Source: a virus (lineage: Duplodnaviria; Caudoviricetes). From it: 64,000 nucleotides of DNA. Made by a program: the position numbers and the translations under genes. The stretch is from IMG/VR virus record IMGVR_UViG_3300046694_000619; one strand, 5' to 3'. How positions within the stretch are numbered: the stretch's first letter is position 1; each line of letters starts with the position of its first letter. This document shows positions 34,940 through 44,470 of the stretch, piece after piece. The notes below the pieces were generated by a model. It made no database searches and was not told the origin of the DNA. It worked only from the letters and a program-made list of their open reading frames with translations.

Positions 34940-36955
34940 ATGCTGTTCAAGAACAAGATTTCAATCGCGGTTGCTTCCGCGCTGTTGCTGGCCGCCGGTC
35001 ACGCTATCGCGTCCGACTATTATGTCGTTGTGCCTGTCCCGAACCATACGGCGGATTCATCGGCCATCAACGTGACACTGGGCGGGGCGTCGCTACCGGC
35101 AGGGCAGGTCGGAATGCCGTATCAAGGCTTCGACCTCAAACCGTTGCTCTCGGTCACAGGTGACGCGACCTACACGGGTTATGGCGTGCGATGGAGCATC
35201 GCTTCTGGAAGCCTGCCCGCTGGGCTCACGCTCAACAGCAACGGCACCATCAGCGGCACCCCGGCCGCGGGCGGCACGTTCTCGTTTCAGGTGCTGGCCG
35301 CCTATAAGACGAAGGCCGGCCAGCAGGCGTATCAGATTCTCGTTGCCGACATCAAGGTCTCGCTCGATGCGGCTTCGCCGCCACAAGCCGTTGTGGGCGC
35401 TGCATACAGCTATGACCTGCGGCCGCTGCTGTCGGTCACAGGCGATGGCGCATACACGGGCCAGAACGTCACGTGGTCGATGGTCTCCAGTTCGCTGCCC
35501 GCGGGCCTGTATCTCACCTCCGATGGTTTCATCGGTGGCACGCCGAGCACCTCTGGAACTGGAAGCCTTACCGCGCGCGCGACGTACAGAAATAGCAGTG
35601 GCCAACAGACTTACCAGGTGGTGTCTGTCTACAGCATCAGCGTGGTGTTGGGCTCGAGCACGCCGACCCAGGCGATTGTCGGCCAGGCGTACACGTTCGA
35701 CGCGAAGCCTTTGCTGACCGTCACAGGCGACCCCGCATACACTGGAGACGGTGTGACGTGGGGCATCGCGTCTGGCAGCCTGCCAGCAGGGCTGTCTCTG
35801 TCGGCAAACGGCGTCATCACCGGGACACCGACCGCGGCAAGTAGTGGGCCGGTCACCCTGCAGGCGACGTATCGCGGCACCAATGGTCAGCAGACGTACC
35901 AGCTGGTCTCGCTCAACATCGTCGTCAACCTGGGGACGGCCACACTGCCGCTCGCCAACGTCGGCGCAAGCTACTCGTACGACTTCAAGCCCCTTCTTGG
36001 CGTAACAGGGGACTCGAGCTATGCCGTATCGGCGGTGCAATTCCACGCAGGCGCGCTCCCTCCCGGACTCAGCCTGAACGCGACAGGCGTGCTTTCGGGC
36101 ACGCCCACCGTGACTGCGTCTGCACAGAGTTTCTCGGTCGTGGCCGACTATCGCGGGCAGGATGGCACACAGCAGTACGCCATCACCGTAAACCCGGCGT
36201 TCTTTAATTTCAGCCCGACGATTGCAGCCTCTACGGCCAACTATAACCTCTACAACGCTGCGCGAGCCGCCGGCTGGGACGGCGTGGCGCCGCTGAAGGC
36301 GACGGTGACCGTCAACGCCGGTGTCTACGTTGGCGGCTCGTCGACGGGGAGCTACGCGTTCTCGACGGGTACGGGTTTTCCGGCACAGACCAGCCTCAAT
36401 CTGATTAACAACGGTGTCATCGTCGGCAAGGGCGGCGATGGCGGCAGCTGGGGCTTCGGCGGTGGCAATGGCGGCCCGGCTATGCTGGCGCAGTACCCAA
36501 TCAAGGTAACCAACAACGGCACCATCGCGGGTGGCGGTGGGGGCGGTGGCGGCTCCAACCGTGCGACGGTCGCCAACGTGCTGGCAGGCGGCGCGGGTGG
36601 CGGAGGCGGGCAGGGCTATGGAACCTCGGCTGGAGGAGCCGCGGACCCGGCTTTTTCGGGCACGCAATACCCGCAAGGACAACCGGGCTTGACTGGCAAT
36701 ATCACCACGCCGGGACTGGGCGGTACCGGTACTCAATCCGGCATGTTCCCAAACCAGTTTCAGGCGCCTTGGTATGCAATTTCGGGCAACGGAGGCAACG
36801 GCGGACTACTCGGGCAGGCGGGTGCTGCGTCGACGGCCGGACAGTGGGTGCCTAACGTCGGTAGCCTTTCAGGCGGTGCAGCGGGCTATTCCGTCGTCGG
36901 AGCGGCCAACGTAACCTGGTCGGCGACGGGCTCCGTGCTCGGTCCACGACAGTAA
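34940..36955 (+). CDS. Secreted adhesin: 4 putative-Ig repeats + Gly-rich C-terminal domain
   Basis: Signal peptide, DYYVVVPVPN, four SGSLPAGL.L...G.I.GTP-type repeats, tip with NNG.I.G.GG.GG glycine runs. Confidence 0.85.
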   Translation: MLFKNKISIAVASALLLAAGHAIASDYYVVVPVPNHTADSSAINVTLGGASLPAGQVGMPYQGFDLKPLLSVTGDATYTGYGVRWSIASGSLPAGLTLNSNGTISGTPAAGGTFSFQVLAAYKTKAGQQAYQILVADIKVSLDAASPPQAVVGAAYSYDLRPLLSVTGDGAYTGQNVTWSMVSSSLPAGLYLTSDGFIGGTPSTSGTGSLTARATYRNSSGQQTYQVVSVYSISVVLGSSTPTQAIVGQAYTFDAKPLLTVTGDPAYTGDGVTWGIASGSLPAGLSLSANGVITGTPTAASSGPVTLQATYRGTNGQQTYQLVSLNIVVNLGTATLPLANVGASYSYDFKPLLGVTGDSSYAVSAVQFHAGALPPGLSLNATGVLSGTPTVTASAQSFSVVADYRGQDGTQQYAITVNPAFFNFSPTIAASTANYNLYNAARAAGWDGVAPLKATVTVNAGVYVGGSSTGSYAFSTGTGFPAQTSLNLINNGVIVGKGGDGGSWGFGGGNGGPAMLAQYPIKVTNNGTIAGGGGGGGGSNRATVANVLAGGAGGGGGQGYGTSAGGAADPAFSGTQYPQGQPGLTGNITTPGLGGTGTQSGMFPNQFQAPWYAISGNGGNGGLLGQAGAASTAGQWVPNVGSLSGGAAGYSVVGAANVTWSATGSVLGPRQ

Positions 36956-36976
36956 CCAACAATCGGGTTCTCTATC

Positions 36977-37249
36977 ATGATTGTCTGCGTGTGCAAGTCC
37001 GTATCTGACCGCCATATCCACGCAGCCATCCGGGATGGTGCCCAGTCGCTCGAAGAGTTGCAGTTCGAACTGGGTGTCGCGCTAGGTTGCGGCAAGTGTG
37101 AGAGCCATGTACGCGGGCTGCTGGATGAGCCCAGCCGGTGTCCCGCCGAATGCAAAGAAAAAGAGCCCTGGATTCGGATGAACCAGGGCTCTTTGAGTGT
37201 CGAGCTGCATCAGGCGCGGACACACGGTCCGTCCTGCTTTCCCTCCTGA
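36977..37249 (+). CDS. bfd: Bacterioferritin-associated ferredoxin-like (2Fe-2S) protein
   Basis: MIVCVCKSVSDR.I...GV...CGKC. Confidence 0.85.
   Translation: MIVCVCKSVSDRHIHAAIRDGAQSLEELQFELGVALGCGKCESHVRGLLDEPSRCPAECKEKEPWIRMNQGSLSVELHQARTHGPSCFPS
37153..37194 (-). terminator. Terminator of the convergent gene, embedded in the bfd tail
   Basis: AAAGAGCCCTGG...CCAGGGCTCTTT with a T-run on the minus strand. Confidence 0.6.
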
Positions 37250-38278
37250 TTAGTCGGTTTCGCCATAGCGCGCCTTACGAGCTGCGCAAATCTCGTCTGC
37301 GGCGCCGGCAACGAAATCGGCATATCGCCTGCCAGTCACGTTGTCGTAGTCTTGCCCCGCGTACATGACAGGTTCGTACGCCACCCGCAGCATCCCCAGC
37401 CCGCGCGCCGCATACAGAAGCGACAATGGCGCCTCGCAAACCTCGATAAAGTGCGACACACACCGTCCGCCGTCGACCACTGCATCCACCGCCGCATCGA
37501 AGCGCCGGCGGAATAGCCACGTGATGGCATGCGTCTCGTCGCTCGACATTCGCATGCGCAAATGTTCGCGGAACGAGTCCTTACGAACAAAGCGCTTCAT
37601 GTCGTCTTCAACATCCGCCAGCTCCTCGGCGAGCTCAGCAAATGCCCGCGTGAAGTACACCTCGCGTGCAAAGGAACCATCCTCCGGGGTGGATTCAGCC
37701 AAGACAACCAGGCGGTTGAAGCTGACTTCGTGCATGACTGCAAGCTGCAACGGCCGCAACACCTGGCTGCCATTCGCGACAAACACGCGGTCTTCATTGA
37801 TTGCTTCCTCCAGCTCGTCCCATAGCGCGGTGGCTTCCTCAAAATCGAGGTGCTCGGGCGCGATGCTGTCAAGAAAATGCGTCTGTGCAGACAGCCGGGC
37901 GTGAAGCTTGGGAGCATGCTCCGCGGTGAGTGCCTTGAAGTCGAAAGCCTTATCGCGTTCGTCGGCCAGAGAGGTCGCCGCGCGATGAAACATCCCATTG
38001 TAGAACTCAGCCAGAATGGCTCTGTTCTCGGGCGTCTCGTCGAACGTGAACGTGCTGCAGTCCGAATACACTCCGCTGAGCAGCGCAGTCATCGCTCGCC
38101 AGTGACAGTCAGGGCTGCTCGCGGCGTTTCGAATTCCATACAGCTCTTGCTCCGTGTCGCCGAAAACCAGCTTGGCCGGCCGGAATGTCGAACGCTGGAG
38201 GATGACTGCGACACGGCACCGCTCGTTTTCGGCGATGACTTGACCGCTAACAAAACATTTGACGTTAAAAGAACCCAT
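37250..38278 (-). CDS. Phage-type hypothetical protein (342 aa)
   Basis: MGSFNVKCFVSGQVI; C-terminal P.MYAGQDYDN; GGAGG RBS. Confidence 0.75.
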   Translation of the reverse strand: MGSFNVKCFVSGQVIAENERCRVAVILQRSTFRPAKLVFGDTEQELYGIRNAASSPDCHWRAMTALLSGVYSDCSTFTFDETPENRAILAEFYNGMFHRAATSLADERDKAFDFKALTAEHAPKLHARLSAQTHFLDSIAPEHLDFEEATALWDELEEAINEDRVFVANGSQVLRPLQLAVMHEVSFNRLVVLAESTPEDGSFAREVYFTRAFAELAEELADVEDDMKRFVRKDSFREHLRMRMSSDETHAITWLFRRRFDAAVDAVVDGGRCVSHFIEVCEAPLSLLYAARGLGMLRVAYEPVMYAGQDYDNVTGRRYADFVAGAADEICAARKARYGETD

Positions 38279-38412
38279 GATTTACCTCCGAAAAGTGGTT
38301 TGAGCCTGTCCACGTATAGCGCCGGACATAGGCAGGCCCGCAAGCGTGTGCGGCGGTCAGGGCCGAAAGAAACAGCCTGGACTCGAGGGACCAGGCTGCT
38401 GAGGGTGAGGCT

Positions 38413-38679
38413 TTACTGCGCGGCGGGGACGTCGTAGGACAGCGGGACGCGCTGTCCCATGTTCCAGCACGAAAGCACCAGATGGTCCGGCTGCGGCGGC
38501 TTCAACAGACTGCGATGACGCACGATGTACCAGCCCGAATGCGTATGGCATTCGCCAGTCAGCATATTGCGGTGCTGGCGGGTCCAGGCGTCGAGCTCGG
38601 TCGAGCCAAAGACGAACTTCGGGGTTGCGGGGTCGTTCGCGAGTTCCAGAATGCGTGTGGGGGTCATGACCTTATCCAT
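38413..38679 (-). CDS. Hypothetical protein
   Basis: AAGGA RBS; CTATAC motif 35 nt upstream. Confidence 0.6.
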   Translation of the reverse strand: MDKVMTPTRILELANDPATPKFVFGSTELDAWTRQHRNMLTGECHTHSGWYIVRHRSLLKPPQPDHLVLSCWNMGQRVPLSYDVPAAQ

Positions 38680-38823
38680 GGTTGATTGTCCTTTTCGGGT
38701 GTGCCACGTGAAGGTATAGGCTCCCAAAAAGTAGCGAAAGTCGTCCGCGTCATTCGCTTAATTACCGTTTTGTGGTATACTATGTATTCTTCCCCAGTAA
38801 CAGTGCTACCACACAGGAGTATC

Positions 38824-39156
38824 ATGGCACGCGTAACCGCATACGAAGCAAGCGACGGCACCCTTCTCCGTGACCGCAAAGAGTATCTGCGCCACGAAAG
38901 CAATCTGCTCGTCGCAAAAAAGCTGCAACCCATCATCGAAGCACAGGCCGGCGACACGTCGAAGGCCGGTGAAATTCTGAACTTCATCGTCAAGGGCATC
39001 GGCCTGAACACGCTGCGCGACCTGTTCGCCATTCAGTTCAAGCCGGGCGCAGAAGACGGCGACGGCGAAAACGCAGGCGGTGCGCCGGCCGCAGAAGCCG
39101 GTGCGCCGGCCGAAGCTGGTGCCGCGGCAGCCGCTGACGCAGGCGGCGACATCTAA
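38824..39156 (+). CDS. Hypothetical protein with Ala/Gly-rich acidic tail
   Basis: AGGAG RBS; AYEASDGTL motif; first gene of the smpB unit. Confidence 0.7.
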   Translation: MARVTAYEASDGTLLRDRKEYLRHESNLLVAKKLQPIIEAQAGDTSKAGEILNFIVKGIGLNTLRDLFAIQFKPGAEDGDGENAGGAPAAEAGAPAEAGAAAAADAGGDI

Positions 39157-39178
39157 ACGGACAACACGAGGAAAAACC

Positions 39179-39637
39179 ATGACTACCGTGCTCGAAAACC
39201 GCCAGGCTCGCCATCTCTATCACATCGAAGAGAGCCTGGAAGCTGGTCTGGTGCTCGAAGGCTGGGAAGTCAAGGCTATCCTCGCCGGGCGCGCCAACTT
39301 CAACGGAGGCGGCGCGTTTATTCGATTTGCGGGCGGCGAGGCATGGCTCGAATCCATGACCATCACGCCGCTCCCGACGTCGAACCACGGTCTGCTGGTA
39401 GAGACCAACCCGACTCGCGCGCGCAAGCTGCTGTTGCGCCGCGCCGAGTTGACCAAGCTCTCGCGCAAGGTCGCCGAGCGCGGCTATACCGTGGTTCCGC
39501 TCGAGGTTTCGCGCGACCGCAAGCTCAAACTCCGCATTGGCCTGGCCAAAGGCAAGAACGTTGCGGACAAGCGCCAGACGTTGCGCGACCGTGACATGAC
39601 TCGCGAAGTTCAGCGGGAGCTGGCTGGCCGTGGCTGA
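39179..39637 (+). CDS. smpB: SsrA-binding protein SmpB
   Basis: NRQARHLYHIEESLEAGLVLEGWEVKAI, R.RKLLL, GYTVVPL, IGLAKGK...DKR. Confidence 0.95.
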   Translation: MTTVLENRQARHLYHIEESLEAGLVLEGWEVKAILAGRANFNGGGAFIRFAGGEAWLESMTITPLPTSNHGLLVETNPTRARKLLLRRAELTKLSRKVAERGYTVVPLEVSRDRKLKLRIGLAKGKNVADKRQTLRDRDMTREVQRELAGRG

Positions 39638-40052
39638 CATGTACGTCCCGCGCCGGCGCTCGCCCGGCCGCACGGCGCTTAACTTCATCAAATCGGCGCT
39701 GACTGTCGTGGTAACGCTCGCGACTATCCCGATGGTCATTGCCGTCGGCATGACGCCGAAATGCTCCGAGCAGGCGACACGCTATGTCGTCGTGCCGTCG
39801 GACGTCCACGGCAAGCTCGAGTACTGCATCGCCGAGTCGCATCTGGGCCGGTACACGCCGGACGGTTCGATATGGCGAAATGTCGTGCAGCCCGACGCCA
39901 TTTGCTCTCAGGCAAAACCGGAGTTGGTGCAGCGGGCCGCGAAGATGACCCAGACGTCCGCGCAGGCCAAGGATGCATGCGATACCCGCGCGCTTCATGC
40001 GACTTACGACACGTTCGTCGCACCTGTCGTTCGGTGGTTTCATCGTGCATAA
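39630..40052 (+). CDS. Membrane-anchored Cys-containing protein
   Basis: One TM then four Cys; overlaps the smpB stop. Confidence 0.55.
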   Translation: MADMYVPRRRSPGRTALNFIKSALTVVVTLATIPMVIAVGMTPKCSEQATRYVVVPSDVHGKLEYCIAESHLGRYTPDGSIWRNVVQPDAICSQAKPELVQRAAKMTQTSAQAKDACDTRALHATYDTFVAPVVRWFHRA

Positions 40053-40162
40053 TTCAATGCTATACTAGCGATATGAACTGACATCTATCTCCTTCTGGAC
40101 TTACACGAACTTAAAGCCTCTGGGCCATCCAGGGGTTCGTGCGCCCATTCGAAGGAGATTCC

Positions 40163-40444
40163 ATGCGCTACATCCGTCTGTCCAACGCAGCCGTCGCCAT
40201 CAGCGACGAGCAACCCATCAGCACCCCCAAGGCTCCGCGCGAGCCGTTACTCCCGACCGAGACGTACTGGGCCCGCAATGTGATGCGGGGAAAACTCGGC
40301 ACGTACATCGCCATCCGCGTGAGCGGCGAGCAGATGTGGGTCGGAGTTCGAGACACCAACGCCCTGGCCTGGGTCAAGGCCGACAAGGCGCTCTCGACGA
40401 GCGAAGCGCAAGCCTGGTTCAAGCGGGCAGGGTTCTCCCGCTGA
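40163..40444 (+). CDS. Hypothetical protein
   Basis: AAGGAG RBS; terminator at ~40447-40478. Confidence 0.7.
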   Translation: MRYIRLSNAAVAISDEQPISTPKAPREPLLPTETYWARNVMRGKLGTYIAIRVSGEQMWVGVRDTNALAWVKADKALSTSEAQAWFKRAGFSR

Positions 40445-40531
40445 CGCAAAAGCCGCCTCCCTGAAGGCGGCTTTTTTGTTGCTTATAACGTTATTAAACG
40501 ATATAATACACTATCTCTTTCGCACGTTATC

Positions 40532-41155
40532 ATGGCTAAAACCACTTTCGAACAGGACCTGATTTCCTTGGTCACGTCGCTCATTCATTTGCGCTTCATC
40601 GGCGAAGAGCTTCATAAAAAGCCGTTTGCGATTCCGCGAATGGAAGCTGCGCTGCACAATTCGATTAATGCCTTTCAAGACCTGAGCGTGTCGTTCGAGC
40701 GCGTCGAAGAAACGATGCAGCAGGATGCGCAGCCCTACATTGCGCAATGGCTTGCCGCGCGCCGCCTGCAAATTGGCGGAGGAGCGGCATTTGAAGGCAG
40801 GAACGGCTCGAATATCGCCCGGATTCGTGGACGTCTGTCGGTCGCACAGCTTCATCCGCGGATGCATGCAGGCAAGCGGTACGTCGAGCTGATTCTGGAT
40901 GACTTGAGCTTTTCCGTCGACACAAACTCTCAGTACGAGCTATTCGAGACATTCACTGCGCAACAGTTGTCTGCGGTACTGGGCAATACAACTGTGCGCC
41001 GCCTCCCTGTCACAAAAAGCGAGACCCGATTCCAATTTCGCACTGCTCCGGCGGACGCCGATATTGACCGCTATGTGGCACGCGTTCTTCTACCCATCAA
41101 GCAGGCGGACATTAAAGCGCTGGCGCTCGGTATCTGGCATTTCCGTCAGGTCTGA
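40532..41155 (+). CDS. Hypothetical protein (paralogue A)
   Basis: Similar to the next ORF: L.S...S.I.L...KKP...AQP....WLA...L..GG..F.G. Confidence 0.65.
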   Translation: MAKTTFEQDLISLVTSLIHLRFIGEELHKKPFAIPRMEAALHNSINAFQDLSVSFERVEETMQQDAQPYIAQWLAARRLQIGGGAAFEGRNGSNIARIRGRLSVAQLHPRMHAGKRYVELILDDLSFSVDTNSQYELFETFTAQQLSAVLGNTTVRRLPVTKSETRFQFRTAPADADIDRYVARVLLPIKQADIKALALGIWHFRQV

Positions 41156-41205
41156 CGCGGCTATCCGTACATGACCGATTTGGTTCGGTGACGAGGACAC
41201 ATCAA

Positions 41206-41805
41206 ATGGCAACCAAGGCTAACAAGCTCGAATCCACGCTGGTTTCAATGACAGGCTCGGTCATCTATCTGCACGACCTGTCGAAAACACTGGAGAAGAA
41301 ACCGATTGTCCCGCAGTCGGTCACAGAACTCATGCCGGAGACCCAGGCGCAGGTGGCGTCGTTGAAGTCACATTTCGAACGTTCGCTGGCCGTGGTGCGC
41401 AAAGAGGCTCAGCCCTTCCTCGACGAATGGCTGGCGCAACAAAGTCTACTGGTCGGCGGTGTGTTTCGGGGTAGCACGCGTGGTCGCACGTTTGGTCACT
41501 TCGACACGTTGACCGTTGAAGGCGGCATCGAGCACGCCCAGCTCCATCGTTATCTCATCGACGGGACGCGAACCGTGGATTTCACGCTCATTGGAGCGCG
41601 GCTGGGATTACCGGACGGCAGTGTAGTCAACTGCGTGAACGACGTTCCGACGACGCGTTGGCATTTCAATCTCACCGCGTTGCACGATGTCGTGGCAAAG
41701 GACCCGGCATCGGGTGCCGAGGCACGCACGGTGCACGTGCGCGTTCCGCTCCAGGGTCTCATGCGGGACCGGTGGGCGCGTGATGGCGAACTCGAACTGA
41801 CGTAA
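41206..41805 (+). CDS. Hypothetical protein (paralogue B)
   Basis: GAGGA RBS; similar to 40532-41155. Confidence 0.65.
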   Translation: MATKANKLESTLVSMTGSVIYLHDLSKTLEKKPIVPQSVTELMPETQAQVASLKSHFERSLAVVRKEAQPFLDEWLAQQSLLVGGVFRGSTRGRTFGHFDTLTVEGGIEHAQLHRYLIDGTRTVDFTLIGARLGLPDGSVVNCVNDVPTTRWHFNLTALHDVVAKDPASGAEARTVHVRVPLQGLMRDRWARDGELELT

Positions 41806-41862
41806 ATCTCAGGCCTCCCTCTCTCAGGGAGGCATTTTCTATAACCAGAAAGGACACACAAA

Positions 41863-42456
41863 GTGCTGATTGCAACATTGCTGGTGCTGCCGTGGTGGCT
41901 GACTGTCCCGACGTATTTTCTCATCGGGCTGCTGTGGGCAGTCATCTACCTGCCACATGCCATTGCCAGGAAACGGGTCGAATATCAGAACTGGAAGCAC
42001 GAGCAGCTTCGAGGCAAACGCCTTGATGAGTTGCTCGCGCCAGAAACGGTACGTCACGGAATCCAGCTATTGGCGCTGGCGCCCGAGGATTTCCTCGAGC
42101 TGTGTGCCACGCAGCAGAGCCACGGCAACTTCTCGTTTCTTCGCCTGGTTATCAGCTTCATGCTCGACATCGCATTCTGGCCGGTGCGCGTTCTGCGCTG
42201 GCTGCTGACGGAAATGCTCCGAAGCCTCTGGCGCGTGATTCGACGGGGCCTGCGGGCTGTTTGGAGAGCCCTCCGCCGGGTCCTGCGCGCACTATGGAAC
42301 GACGTCGTCGTGCCATTCTGCCGTTGGGTGTACCGGCAGGTTCTGGCGCTGTACCGCCGCGTAATGGTTGTCTATCAAGGCATTATCCAGCGCGCGAACC
42401 GCGAAGCCATTGCCGATATGGCGATTCTGAATGCCCGCAAGGGAGACAAGCAATGA
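41863..42456 (+). CDS. Membrane protein (paralogue A)
   Basis: YFLIGLLWAVIY and FWP motifs shared with the next ORF; AAGGA RBS. Confidence 0.65.
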   Translation: MLIATLLVLPWWLTVPTYFLIGLLWAVIYLPHAIARKRVEYQNWKHEQLRGKRLDELLAPETVRHGIQLLALAPEDFLELCATQQSHGNFSFLRLVISFMLDIAFWPVRVLRWLLTEMLRSLWRVIRRGLRAVWRALRRVLRALWNDVVVPFCRWVYRQVLALYRRVMVVYQGIIQRANREAIADMAILNARKGDKQ

Positions 42457-43181
42457 CGCTGCAACACTTCACGGACATCATCATCCTGCTTTGGCCGGCC
42501 ATCACGGTTGCGACCGTCATGGCCGTGCTGTTTATGCCAACCCGGGCAAGAGCTGGCTGGGGCGGGATAGCCGGCGCCGTTCTGTTCACCGCAGCGGTTC
42601 TGTGGGGCGTCTTCATCGAGTTCCTGCTCACGGTGCCATACCGAGGCGATTTCGACCATGTCGAATTCTGGGCGTCGGTCTCGCACGTCTGGAAGCCCGT
42701 CATTGCGCATATCACCGCGCCATGGGCGGTCACCGCGATGGTGAGTTACTTCGTCGTAGGCTTCGCATGGGCCGTCGCTTACTTCTGGCTGTACGCGCGC
42801 CGCCTTGGTCAGCGTTATGTGCTCGAGCGGGACATCTGGCTGCGCGCCCATCAACGCACCAGCCTCGAAGGCCTCACAGCGGAGCTTCGGCTGAAATTCG
42901 ACACGGTGGTTGCCACCGTCAAAAAAGAGATGATTTACGCGGGCGACTTTCCGCTGCGCCCGTTGCAGCAGAAGCGCTTCTTCGCAGCCAATCTGCTGCT
43001 CTGGCCGATGACGGTGCTCGCCTATCTGGTCGGCGACATGGCGCTCGACGTCGCACGCCACACCTGGTTCAGGCTGCGCAACTGGGTTCTCCAGCGCTGG
43101 GAGAAGGGCATGCCCGAGTTCTTCGCCGACGAAGCACTGTGCCGCGAGAAGCTGGCCGAGTTCGAGCGCGCGCAAGCCTAA
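42453..43181 (+). CDS. Membrane protein (paralogue B)
   Basis: GGGAG RBS, ATGA overlap; YFVVGFAWAVAY and LWP motifs. Confidence 0.7.
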   Translation: MTLQHFTDIIILLWPAITVATVMAVLFMPTRARAGWGGIAGAVLFTAAVLWGVFIEFLLTVPYRGDFDHVEFWASVSHVWKPVIAHITAPWAVTAMVSYFVVGFAWAVAYFWLYARRLGQRYVLERDIWLRAHQRTSLEGLTAELRLKFDTVVATVKKEMIYAGDFPLRPLQQKRFFAANLLLWPMTVLAYLVGDMALDVARHTWFRLRNWVLQRWEKGMPEFFADEALCREKLAEFERAQA

Positions 43182-43191
43182 CAGGTACGAC

Positions 43192-44352
43192 CTATTGCGC
43201 GCCGGGCCGTCCGCTCTTATCTACCTTGTAGATTCGGCCCGGTAAGTCGACGTCGACATGGTCGAGTTTTACTCGTGCCTGGTGTATCCATATGCGCTTC
43301 CGCAACTTATGCCCTTCACCGTAGGCTTGTTGTCGCCAAAACGATTTTCGCCAGTGCGGCCGAACAGTTCCTCCTGTTGGCGCTGAAGGCGCTCCTTCGT
43401 TGACCAGTTCCTTACCCAGAAGCCTGACGACGGTAAAATCCTCGCTCATGAGTTTGCTCTTCAGCTTTCGACGCTTTTCGGGCTTCGTTGCATTCCACTT
43501 TTCCTGCAAATCTGAGGGGACATCGCGACCCGGGGAGCAGGGCACCGTCACCGAATCTCGTTGGAGCGATTCGATGTAGTACAGCGAATTAAAAATCAGA
43601 CGTGAAGCGTCGCTGATTAGGCTAGCCGCATCCCTGTATCGCTGCTTCTGAATTTCGGTAATGGCTCTGACAGTAGCATCATCCACAGGGTCTTTATCCA
43701 ACTCGGCAAATCGGTGCTCCAGAGCACGTTGGATAGCTTCGTCCCTGGGTAACGCATGCGTGTCCGGGAAAAAATCGAGAAAATATCCCGGACAACGAAG
43801 ACCCGAACCGTCCTCTCTTACTGTCGTAATACCTATCTTCAGCCGAAATCCGTTCTCAGGGGACTCTACCGGCGCAACCGCTACGAAAGCACCATCCAGA
43901 TATTCAAACCGGGTCAGTTCATCAACGTATGGCAGGTGAATGTCGGCCTGTTTCCCGAAGCGCAGGAAGAAGGCGTAATGGGGTGGATGCCAGTCTTCGA
44001 GCGTGCACTCATTGACATCCGTATCCCAAAACATATCCACCAACTGTTCGGGTAAGTCGAATATTTCTCGACCACAGCCCTCGAATTGAGCGGCGAGAAC
44101 GATGAAATGATGCATTCCCCAAAGTGTGGCTAGCATTTCTCCAATGGCGTCTTCATTTCCTTCGGCACGCAGGGCCTGTACGTCGTCACGGGCCTTTGGG
44201 TCGGTGAATTCGACTCGTATCTTGTCCAGGATATTCGGGCCGACCATGCCCTCTGGCATCACCCAACCGTCCCGAGCCAGCCCTCGGGCATATTCCCACC
44301 AGTGGAGTCCTCGGTATCGGACCGGAGCATAAGGCGACAGCATGTTGGGCAT
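43192..44352 (-). CDS. Hypothetical protein with basic PHWR C-terminal motif
   Basis: VRPHWRKSFWRQQAYG.G..LRKRIWI; lower GC; GAGG RBS. Confidence 0.75.
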   Translation of the reverse strand: MPNMLSPYAPVRYRGLHWWEYARGLARDGWVMPEGMVGPNILDKIRVEFTDPKARDDVQALRAEGNEDAIGEMLATLWGMHHFIVLAAQFEGCGREIFDLPEQLVDMFWDTDVNECTLEDWHPPHYAFFLRFGKQADIHLPYVDELTRFEYLDGAFVAVAPVESPENGFRLKIGITTVREDGSGLRCPGYFLDFFPDTHALPRDEAIQRALEHRFAELDKDPVDDATVRAITEIQKQRYRDAASLISDASRLIFNSLYYIESLQRDSVTVPCSPGRDVPSDLQEKWNATKPEKRRKLKSKLMSEDFTVVRLLGKELVNEGAPSAPTGGTVRPHWRKSFWRQQAYGEGHKLRKRIWIHQARVKLDHVDVDLPGRIYKVDKSGRPGAQ

Positions 44353-44470
44353 GATGAACCTCGTACCTGGGGCTACGGCGGGTCGAAACAGACCAGACCT
44401 GCTCAGCTTGTAAGCTCAAATAATACTAAGTTTGTCGGCTATCCGATGAAGTAAACATCATAGTCGCTTC

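Noticed and set aside
35040-36190. CRISPR, shufflon or DGR in the adhesin repeats
   Set aside because: The repeats are degenerate protein-level Ig units; no identical DNA repeats, sfx-like sites, recombinase, reverse transcriptase or adenine-specific TR/VR pair is visible.
35093-36736. Long antisense ORFs (also 11539-12804, 18434-19582, 2931-3899, 23761-24651)
   Set aside because: Shadow frames of GC-rich genes with no recognisable motifs.
44431-44450. CTATCC-loop hairpin as another member of the CTATAC class
   Set aside because: It points away from the downstream gene and more likely acts as a terminator or stability hairpin after dnaE2.
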